Positions 30,598-41,900 of a stretch of 60,882 nucleotides of DNA are shown piece by piece (positions within the stretch are counted from its first letter, which is position 1; the number at the start of each line of letters is the position of its first letter). This stretch comes from Macrostomum lignano. Its lineage: Eukaryota. The stretch covers positions 171,592 through 232,473 of the forward strand of contig NIVC01000277.1 in assembly GCA_002269645.1 (NCBI GenBank). The letters are read 5' to 3'. The position numbers were made by a program, and so were the translations under genes. The notes beneath the pieces are model-generated. The model saw only the letters and a program-made list of their open reading frames with translations, ran no database searches and was not told where the DNA came from.

Positions 30598-33500
30598 CTA
30601 ATTAGATACATAATCCGCAGACTCCTGCGTCTGCCTCTTCAACACCTTAGTCCACAGCAGCTCCAGCAGCAGAATCAGAAGGCCCAAGCCGTAGAAGACG
30701 CAGGTAACGATGCAGCAACCACCGATGCCCTCGAAGTTGATGGGATCCGTGTCCGATATGGTCTCGTCTTTGCAGCCGTTGTCCTTCGACCAGTAGATGT
30801 CGAACCAGCGCTGGATTTGGCCGGACTCGTGCAGCTTCTGCAGGCTGGAATTGATGAAGTACTTGTTTATAATGGAAATGTTTGCTGGTTTGATTGACTT
30901 TTCTTCTCGTCCATGTTGACAGTTACGCATTATTATTACGCATTAGTAATTCTCTTTTGGAAATTTGGATATTCTCTATGAGCCTCTGGTTCCAGGAAAC
31001 GAAAGCCCCCAGGCCTCGGATGCGTAAAGAACAGTGCTTGCAACCATGGCTGAACAAAAGAGATTGAGTTGTCGGTGCTCCATTGTTTCAAGGCCAGTTT
31101 ATTTTCTTAGAATCAACTATGGGATATGGACCCTTCGTGTTTAGATTCAATCCCAGATATTTCCACTTATGAAATGATTCAACTGATTCAAACTGATTCA
31201 AACTGATTCAAACTCATTCAAATGATTCAATGAGTTGGCCCTGTTGCCTGTTGGGGTTGGAATGCTCTGTTGAAGTTTGCGTCACAACTGAGCAGCAGCA
31301 TTCTTTTCTGTATTGTCGCGACTTTTTTAGTTATTTCTTCAGTTCACCTTCACTTGTCTCTGTTTACTCTGTTTTTCTATCTCTCTCCGTCTCTCTGTCT
31401 AGTTCAATCTTGTTATTCTTATCTCTCACCCTCGCCGCCTTCTGATTGGCTCTCCATTCTTGCCTCTCCTTAGTCGCGCACTCCACTCCTCCTTTTATTA
31501 TCTGCACTTGACCCCCCAGTCGTCTTATACGACGTATAGTCGTAAATATACCCGTTCGGTAATTATTTTTTTACATGTATGTTTATCTCCAGCTGGTGAA
31601 TCTGATAGAATTCAGATATATTCCCAAGGCTTTTCAGTAGCTTCGCTAGGTCCTCACTGAATATGACCAGGTCATCGCTGTATAGCAAACAAACTTTTTA
31701 CCAACTAATTCAGGATGAAAGTTTTGCTGTGGAATGATTCTTTATTTCGCTGAGAGGATCAATATACAGACAAAGCAGTAATGGTGAAAAGGGGAAGTTG
31801 CTATGGTAACTGTACCGTCAGACAAAAAATGGCTTAAAATTTTGCCTCCAAGCTTGCTCTATCTAAATCCAATATCCAATCTAAATCACGGACTTACTGA
31901 AAGTTAAACAAATTAGCATAGGGAGCATCTTCAGGAAACATAAAAGCGATTGTGCCAGTGTTGAACTGTTCGTTCGCTACGTAGTACTGGGTGCAGTTCT
32001 TCAGCGCTATTGCCAGTAAGGCAGAATAGTCCTCCACGCAAGCTTGGTCTGCTCTGGGTGGCTGAAAGACAGAAAGACAGAAAGAAAGGCTTGTTCACAC
32101 CACTGTCATCAAGTGAGGTACGTTACTCATCTTTTGCATGCCCGTATTCAACTATTGCCTGTGAAAACTTTACAAAATTAGATCAGTTTCGTTTTGAAAC
32201 TGCACTGAAGTACATCCATCATTTGAACAACTTTCCCCTAGAGACATGTGTTGCGTTGCTAGGTGGTTTAAAATATTCTAAATACTCAAATTCAAAAGTT
32301 CATAAGGTTGTATGAATAAGATAAGCATTTGCTCACGAGAATATACATTTCAACTGTGTTTTTGGGCAGAAGTGAAATTTATTTGTTTGAAGTTGCTAAG
32401 TTAAAGTCCGAGTCTTCCCTCTTACTTTCGCGAGGCTACACTACGTGTCAGACTTTTAACCATAGACAAACTTCCTGCACGCAAACCTACGTTAGACGGG
32501 CAGCTTTCCACATCCGGGTCGTACAGCACTACTTGTTCGGCAAGCTGCTTGTAGACGCCAGACTGCGCGTTGCTCAACAAATCGAAAAGATTCGTTCCTC
32601 TGCGCACGTAGGGCGTCACCGCAGTTTGGGTAACCAGGTCGTCCAGCGTCTTGATCGGATATTTAGTAACGGTGACAGTCAGGAAAGACGTCAGAACTCC
32701 TGAAATACCGGTATACAAAAAACGGCCATGCAGATCAGCAGCAGAAGTTTCCTGTTCGGATGAACCAGATTTAAAACTTCCTTAGATTGTTTAACACTCT
32801 AACACTCTTTGAGGCAGAAATCTAGACAAAAGTGTTTGGCTTCAATGAATATCCCTATAGTCCGTCAAGTATTAAAATTTTAGAAGGGCTTGATCTGCGG
32901 TGTTTTGTTTGAAGGCGAAGACATAAATACTCAGTTTTCATTAAGAAATTCGACCTTACTGGCGTAAATTTTTAATAGCTATCATAGCTATCATTATACA
33001 AATTAGGGTCAAATTTGTGCACTTTTTAAGCAGCAGAAATATTGCATCGATAATTAGCTACGCACTATGCTAATTATCTATGCTATGCTAACTACGCAGA
33101 GGAAAAAGAAGCAATCTTCAAGAGGTTTCATTTACCCGAGTAGATAGCATAGATAATGACTATGAAGAACCACCAGGAAGCCAGTACGGCTCTGGCGGAC
33201 ATCGCAAACGGATAAAAGTCCTGGCCCTGCTGCAAGAAACTGCCGATGCAGCTCCACAGGTACTCCTTCAGCCACACCTCGTCGGCGACTGCATAGTCGG
33301 CACCCAGATTGAAGGCGGAGAACGGAGAGAAGAAGGCAAACAGCCAGGCGATCAGCGAGCAGCCAACAATGGTGCCGATTATGGTGAGCCAAACCTTGTA
33401 GGTGAAAGGCATGAACAGGTTCCACAGGCGGGACTCGCGCTCCGGCTTCGGCACCAGGATCCCGTTGGACTCTTGAAATAGGGCCGTTGAGTAGTCGATC

Positions 33501-36429
33501 ACTCGGTCGCGAACGGCAGTCTTGGTGAAGGGCCCGGCTCCGATGTGCACCATCTGTGACGTCGGGGAAACCGAGGAGCAGTGATAAAAGTATTGACAAC
33601 CCATGGCTGTGGTACTGGCGTAGGAGTGTACTGGAGCCAGTCGACCCGAAGCCATCGAGTTACTACTAAGCACGCCCACACGTTGCTTTTTACATTAGGT
33701 CTGATTTTCAAGACTCGGTTTTAAGAATTTTTAAGACAACGATGTAGCAACTATGCTGCAAATTCGAATGAATTACCCTCGTGACATAAAATGCCCAGCG
33801 GGATTTCGTGTCTAATACTTCGTGGCTAATATATTAATCTCCAATCCTAGTATCATAGTATCATAGAGAGTCCTCAGTGACACTAGAGAACTCAAATCTA
33901 GGCTTGCGTAGGCCGATGCACCTCAGATTAAGGCTTAAAACCAGCGATCCGGCCTTCATGAGGTTTAGTCCATCTATTCGCTGTCCAACATTAGGTCTCA
34001 CTTAGCTTTCAGAGACGTGAAGCAACGGATTGGGCTCGGATTTCTCACCCCTCGCTGCAGCTCGCCCACGCATCCGTTGTAGAACTCTGAGTCAGCCTGC
34101 GGCGAACCCCAGTTTCCATCGTCGGAGTCCTTTGTGATGAAGCTATATTGGTAAATACAAGTCATGCATGCAGTGTCTTTCTACGACGCACTTGCACTGC
34201 ATATCCACTAGAACGAGAAAGCAAACACTTACCGAAAATCCAGTTTCTCTGCCAGGTAGCGAAGAATATCAACAGCCATACCGTTCAATATTACAGTCTT
34301 GTTGGAAAAAGTGCGATTGAAAATTGTCATAGGAGAACTCTAAAATGATTTGTAAAGCAGAAAATTTAAGTTGCTAGCTGCGATCCAAACCGTATTGAGT
34401 AATTTCAATTAAAAATTATTCATGCACCTCAGGAGAACAAGCCACTATTGTGTCGTTCTTAAACCCCATGAATGTGTTTGGAAAAACCAACTCGATATCT
34501 TTGTACCGAAACAGCAGCCGCATGTTTCCGGTTGATGCGTCAAATTTGACAGACTTTATCATTAAATTTGGAGAGGTTCGAAGTTCATTGTAAGTGGCAA
34601 CCAGTTCCAAGCCCTGCGAGCTGAAGTGCCGGCTAGAGCTATTGTATGAGATGACACCGCGACTCGTGTCATAGTGGCTGATCTGCAGTGAGTGGGGAGC
34701 ACAGTGTTAACAAATGGAACATCGCGCTTGTGAAGCACTCAAGAAAACACTGTTTCTATGTCCTGCTGATGTACAGGTAAATTTCCCATTAAACGTTCTG
34801 TACTGTACAACAGCTCTGTCAAAATTTCAAATATCAAATTTTCAAACTTTTAAGCATCGGCACCAGCAATAGGATATTTGCACCCGCTCACACTGATCAG
34901 TTTGTGAAGCACAGTCGATCCAAAGCTCCACCGCTGCATCGGGAAGCAGGTGGCGTTGCTAGGAGAGAATCCCGGATCCGTTAGAGAATCGTCCAGCGCC
35001 CTGGCCATGGCTTCCACAGCGTCAACGAAGCGAACGTCCATCTCCTGCGTTTTAGGGTTTCAGGTGTAAGTTTGTAAACAAACAAGAAACCTATTGATAA
35101 ATTCACCCACTCCGGCAACAGAAGACTACAATCACAAACCTTAATCCGGTGCAGCTGACATCCGGGAAACACGTCCATCACTGCTGCTGAGCACTCCTTA
35201 AAGACGCCGCCTCTAAGCAGAGCTACATTCGCGTTTGTCGGCGTCGCGCTGAGCAGCTCCGCCTCGGACAGCCGGTGTCCAGCAGCAGCCAGAAATAGTT
35301 CTGCTGCATCACGCCGGCTTCGCTGGCCAGGCTGAGCACGCTGAGCACATTGCGCGGACTGGCGAGCAGCAGCAGCTTGAACACCTTCTTTTTCACAATG
35401 CGTCTCAGGTGCTGCACCAGCTGGGGTGTCACCGATTCGTTGGCAGCCGTGTCCACCTGGAACGTCAGGCTGCTCACTCCGGCAACAGCGAGACCAGACT
35501 GCAGGCTCTGCAGCGACCTCATGCCTTTCAATGGGAAGTCAAGCGGCTGTAAAGAAACTGCAGTGTGACGTCAATCACAGGCATGAACTGTCACTCAACC
35601 AGGGAACTCACTCTGCTGCCTGTCAAACAGAATCGCCACGCTACTGACAATGGAATCGGAAGTGACGGCTTGGACTGCCGCATCCAGCATGTCCGAAAGT
35701 CGGTGGCTGCCCACCACTGTGTGACCTGTTGAAGGAATCGGTGAATGGCTTCAGTGATGGTGCATCAAATGGCGAGATTTAAAAGTGCTGCCTGACCTTT
35801 CAGCAGTGGTTCGGCATCGCACAGGGCCGTCGGCAGGGCGATGAACGGCAGCTTGAGGGACTCGCTGAATGAGGCCAGCTGGTCCAGCAGAGAGCAGCAG
35901 CCCACACCGATGAGGCCTGCTAAGCCGGGCTCTGAGCACACTGCATGTAGGGTGGCGGATTGCTTGGCTGATCAATGATGGATAACTTAAACTGAAATAA
36001 ACTTCCCAGGAAGACATCTTGTCAGTATCAAGACTGTGACAAAGCAAGTTGTCTGTTTCTGGCAGGGTGCAGCTTTATGTCCCGAGGTCAACCATTAGAT
36101 ACGTTTTTACCAGGCACAACCATTCTGTTTGTTACCGGTTGCACAGGTTTGTCACCTTTCAGACAGAAAACCACTCAAAGCCACTCACGAGTTTGCATTG
36201 CAAGCTGCGAGCTGCACCCGTCAACCGTCACGCGCACGAAGGACACCTCGTGATGAGGCAGGACTCGCCAGTTCGAGTTGATCCGCCTGGATGCCGCATT
36301 CTCAATCAGCGACTCGTTGATGAAGCCGTTCTGCACGACCAGTCCGATTTTGAAAGTCAGCGCAGATGAGGCGGACGCACAGATGAGGCAGCTGGCAACG
36401 AACTGGACCAGCGATCTTGAAGCAGTCAT
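30598..36429 (-). CDS. Ionotropic glutamate receptor-family subunit (ATD-S1-M1-M2-M3-S2-M4), divergent; ~854 aa, 12 exons, one apparent 1-nt deletion at ~35271
   Basis: Exons: 36429-36189, 35940-35797, 35725-35612, 35557-35140, 35044-34892, 34682-34428, 34339-34233, 34142-34049, 33553-33136, 32699-32491, 32061-31898, 30844-30598. Sum 2564 nt, or 2565 with one added base. Motifs: signal peptide MTASRSLVQFVASCLICASASSA; FKIG; GMAVDILRYLAEKLDF; YNGCVGELQRG; PFTKTAVRDRVIDYS; LFMPFTYKVWL; SFLQQG; SARAVLASWWFF; PIKTLDDLVTQT; LQKLHESGQIQRWFDIYW..GC; FEGIGG..LLILLLELLW. Confidence 0.92.
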
Positions 36430-37764
36430 GGCTTTCTCGCTTGGTGCTTTACCAGATAGGGCTACAGAGCTACAGATGCAAATGGGGGTGAATCAAGCTG
36501 GCTCAGGATGGAAGGGAGAAGATCCTGAAATAATATTTGCTAGTGCCTGCTGTCAGCCAATCGCAAAGCGCTACTTGAATTGCGGCTTGAAATTTACAGT
36601 AGTTTTATCATTTAAAAATTTATCATCAATTCACCCAATCCGTTCCTCCCGTGCAGCAGATAATTGAGTGGTCAGATGAGCATCTCATATAAAATGCAGA
36701 GTTACGAGAGTAACGAGAGCGCAAAAGCGCATAAATAGGCAGGCCTCCCCCTCACAGTTAAAACCTCATTACTCCGCACCACATACATTGGCAAGCCACT
36801 GAACGCGGCGGAGTAATGGACAAAACAACTACAATTTCGGGACAACTGTAGAGAGTTATTAAACCATACCGTGATGCCCTACTTAAAGTAATATTCTAAG
36901 AAAGTCAATTTATTCTAGAATGAGTCATCTATTTTTAGGAATCACGCGCAAACAGAGTGATTTTGAACCCCACGTGAGAGCAACATTGTTTGATCAAGGA
37001 ATCGGTTTCCAACAGCTGTATTTGCTTCACCCCATTCACGAGTATGGCAATGCTCAAACATACATAACAGCTCAATCAAGCATGAATGACCTAAGTAAAT
37101 ACCCAATTCCAAACCGGTTTTGCCCCAAAATTTTTCTATAAATATAAGTAAAAATCCGAGTAAAAAATTCAGACTCAGAGCGGTCTCTAAGACTCCGAAG
37201 AAACAAAGAAAAAAAGACCAATCTCTGAGGGACCACACGTCCAATTGGTAAGCGTTTACCGGATTCAGTTCTTTGATTGTTAGCGTTAATAAGTTGATTA
37301 ATTGAGTTCACGAGAGCCCTTTGTTGTCGACACATTTGAGAAAAGCCTCCCTGTTTCCTAGGATGTATTCCTAGAGGATTTATTGATTTGAGCTATCCGT
37401 TACGTTTCCGACGTAACGAAGAAGACGCCCCTTCAGGAGGACCCATTGCAGAAACCTAGAGAATTCAATTGTGCATTAAGGCGCACGTTTTATTGTTAAT
37501 TCCGAGTTCGAGGACCGTAGCTCGTAAAGACTTCGGATTCGCTTTCGCTTTTGGTCGATCCACAGATAAAATCAACGACTCACAGAAACATTACCTCACC
37601 GCTGCCGAAACAAGAAGTCAAGAGCTACTAAAGGATCCGCTACAGTAAGAGATATTTGACTTTGCACATGCCGTGGCACTTGTTACCCATTGTCTAGAAG
37701 TGGGAGTTTTTGAGTGACTGATCACCACTCTTAAAATCTACACAACGTTAGCAAAGAAACAGAC

Positions 37765-38025
<261 letters not shown>

Positions 38026-38411
38026 ACAGAAAAGAGGTGCCAATCAAAGGCAAAAGACGATTTTTGGTCATCTTTGTTAGAATTTTTTCAAAGTAAATTT
38101 AGCTGCGTTTATGTGCATTCGATAGAAATCCGGTCAAATCGCTGAACTTTTCCGTGGCATAAAAATCAATAATTATGTGGCTATTGATAGCAAACTTTAC
38201 TAGCACTGCAGTTTAGTCTATAAAAGTCACTGCATAACGCTAACATTGAAAAAGTTATTTAACAGACAGATTCGCACACAAAAATCTTGATAGCATTGCC
38301 CACTCGCATTTCGAGTTAAACTGATAAAAAAAGTCTTCGGACTCAGGAATCATTTTGAAAACCGCATCTTTGCCTGCGGAGCAGCCTGCTCATTCCAGTT
38401 GGACTCCTCCA

Positions 38412-38665
38412 CGACTGACTGACTGACTTGAGTGAGTGGGTGACTGACTGACTGACTGACTGACTGACTGACTTGAGTGAGTGGGTGACTGACTGACTGA
38501 CTGACTGACTGACTGACTGACTGACTGACTGACTGACTGACTGACTGACTGACTGACTGACTGACTGACTGACTGACTGACTGACTGACTGACTGACTGA
38601 CTGACTGACTGACTGACTGACTGACTGACTGACTGACTGACTGACTGACTGACTGACTGACTGAC
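38412..38665. repeat. (GACT)n microsatellite with GACTTGAGTGAGT interruptions
   Basis: Directly visible; reverse complement of the 24643-25537 type. Confidence 0.96.
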
Positions 38666-38973
38666 CGAAAGAGCCAGTGCCTCAAGAAAACATTGGAGAA
38701 GATAGCTCGTATTTGAGAGCTTTTAAGCTAAGCATAATTTATTGTATTTACCTTTTTACTATAAGGTTTATAAAGAACCACTAGCTACTTAGTATTAAGG
38801 ATCAATAAACTTTATACCGCGCTCGCTGTTATTAACCAACATAAATAAGTCTTTGCACAACATTTAACAGTAGTCACGGCTACTATAAGCAGAGTAAATT
38901 GTGGTTAAACAGGTTGTCGATGCGCAAACAGTCTTTGTTGGAAAAAATGGGAATCGATCGGAGAGAATGCAGG

Positions 38974-41900
38974 CTACAACTGGCTGTTGCCATGGTGACC
39001 AGCAGTATTTCTGCCGCCGCAGAGGCTGGCAAAGACGGCCAGCTGCTGCCAGAAGGCGGCCGCGTCCTGCAGACAAACCGATGCAGTTGAGGGCAATCCG
39101 AAGGCTGACGAAGCAGAGGGCATCGACAGTGTCGAATGAGGCGGCGGAGGCGGCGGCGGCGGAGGCGGCAGCAGAGGCGGCGGCAGAACGAACGGGGGCG
39201 GTGCGACAAACTAAAATAATTGTGTACAACGTAATGTTTTGCGACGTTAGCTTACTGCCTTCAAGCATATGAAATGGTAAGTTTAAATCCGGATGCTTAT
39301 AAGCACTGCTCAGTCTACTCACCGGAAACCGCGGCAGAGGCACCACAGGCTTGGAGCCGTGGATCAGGGTGCAGCCTGGAATTAAATGAAAGAAGAGCTG
39401 CGTTAGTTGCCATGGAGCGTCCGGTCTTCATTGGGAAGGTTGGGGGTTCGAATCTAGCAGCGGTTCGGTGTAATGATGTGAAATATATATTTACGATGCT
39501 TATTTATACTACTATGCTTCGTTAGAGAAGTGAGAAGTAGCAAGTAAAGCGTATATAGTAATGTTAAAAGTTTCTGCATTTTTCGATTATCAGCCAAACC
39601 GATATGTATCGAAAATTATAAAAATTGCCTTCTTTGTACGAGCTTAGTGCATCACTGCCTCTAATAGAAGAATAATATAGCCAACCAGGAAAACTCAAAC
39701 AAATAAGAATTGGTATTAAAATCTCAAAAAATATAATGCGTCAAATAATTATATATTGCTCAAGCCTACTCTTCTACTAAAAGTAGAATAAAGGAATTCA
39801 TATCATAGTGGAAATTAAACACTTAACCGATATGTATCGAAAAAAATAATAACAAGGCGGAGAAAAACACTAACCCGGTAGATTAGCCAAGAGTCCAAGA
39901 TCCTGCAGTCCGCTCGCATCGCTCCCGATTCCATCTTCGACGGCGTTGTCAAACTCGTTTCCCATCTCTTCGCTGTGGAAATTCTCTTCTTCCGTGGTGA
40001 TTCCGGCTTGCTGTTGAAGCTCGGACGATTCGACGAGCTCCCGGTCGCCGCCGCCGAGATGCCTCTGGCAGTCGGTGGCATTGGCACTGTTGACCTGCTT
40101 GCGCCATCGGGCGCGCCTGTTGCTGAACCAGACCTGCACCTTGGACTCGGACAGCGCCACCGCCGTGGCAAGGGCCTCCCGCATGGCCAGGCTGGGGTAG
40201 TGCGTCTGCTGGAACGCCGCCTCCAGCGCGCGAACCTGCTGGTCGCTGAAAGTTGTCCGGCATCGGCGACCGCTGCCAGATTTCTGCTGCTGCTGCTGGC
40301 TGTTGATTGACAGCTCCGAGTTGTCCGGAGCTTCCAGGCTGGCGACAGCCGCCTCAGCATCGGACGGAGTTGTCGAAGTCACCAGCGAGTTTGCCGGCGG
40401 GCTGCCGTTTCTGCACTGTCGATTGGATGAAGCAACGGCTTCCGCTGCTGGCACCTCTTCTGCTACGAGGCCATCGTTAGAGTCTTCGCATGCGGCGGTT
40501 GAAGAGGCCTGCTGATGCTGATGCTGCTGTCTGAGCTTCTTCTGCTGCGACTGCTGGCCAGCGTCTGCAGATGACGAGCTGTTCGAGTCTGCGAGAGCGC
40601 GAGGTTTCAAATGGCCCTGCCCGTTACCTTTGGCGAATGGGAGAGGCAGAGGCTACACAGAGGGCACAAAGACGCACACAGAGGGACACAGAGGGCACAC
40701 AGAGGGCACAGAGGTACACAGAGGGCACACAGAGGGACACAGAGTACACACAGAGGGCACGCAGAGGCACACAGAGGCACAAAGACGCACACAGAGGGAC
40801 ACAGAGGGCACACAAGAGGGACACACAGAGGCACACAGAGGGCACGCAGAGGCACACAGAGGCACACAGAGGACACACAGAGGGCACACAGAGGGCACAC
40901 AAGAGGGACACACAGAGGCACACAGAGGGCACGCAGAGGCACACAGAGGCACACAGAGGCACACAGAGGGGCACACAGAGGACACACAGAGGACACACAG
41001 AGGGCACACAGAGGGACACAGAGTACACACAGAGGGCACGCAGAGGCACACAGAGGGCACACAGAGGGCACACAGAGGCACACAGAGGGCACACAGAGGG
41101 CACACAGAGGCACACAGAGGACACACAGAGGGCACACAGAGTACACACAGAGGGCACACAGAGTACACACAGAGGCACACAGAGGGCACACAGAGGGACA
41201 CAGAGTACACACAGAGGGCACACAGAGGACACAGAGGACACACAGAGGGCACACAGAGGACACACAGAGGGCACACAGAGGACACACAGAGGGCACACAG
41301 AGGGCACAGAGGGACACAGAGGACACACAGAGGGCACATTCGAACCCCTTCACAATGAAATACCCGCCAAAATCCAGTGAACCACCTCCAACTCATTGCT
41401 ACAGCAGAGAAGCCAAAAGAAAGTGTCAATTATTCATGGCAACTCGCCGCCCCATCTCAAGCTTCAATCAATCAGAGGACGGCTCTGCTACTCACACGCC
41501 TCACGAATCCGATGACTGGCCCAGTTTCAGGCGGTAATCGCATACAAATAGGCATTAACTCAATGCGAGCGTGCGTGAGTCTAGATTAGCTACTTCATAT
41601 ACGAATAGATGAAACAGGTCGAACTCGGTATTTCTCGAATAGTTTCCTATCCCCCCCCAAAGAACACCGAAATCCCCAACGGCAGGTGATGCGACTATGG
41701 CAACAACAAGGGAAACAGGTACATAGAGTAGAGCATAGAGCCTGCATCCTTGTCCAGGTGGTCATATGGCCGCAGGTTTTTAACGCGTGATTGCGCACGG
41801 AGGCACAACTAAGCAGCAAGCGACATGTGTATCTAGCTGAGCATGTGGGCTGGCGGCACCTCAGTTCTCCCTCACTCAATATTCGCCGTCAGCACATGAG

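Noticed and set aside
32100-32262. Possible extra iGluR exon (GKVVQMMDV..)
   Set aside because: In-frame stops; exon 32699-32491 joins 32061 directly in phase 0 and restores the S2 sequence.
37398-37418. 8-bp stem-loop CGTTACGT-TTCCG-ACGTAACG upstream of the iGluR
   Set aside because: Short and isolated; expected by chance in 60 kb.
39405-39470. tRNA-like B-box (GGTTCGAATC) in Pax intron 4
   Set aside because: No convincing A-box or cloverleaf; at most a decayed SINE head.
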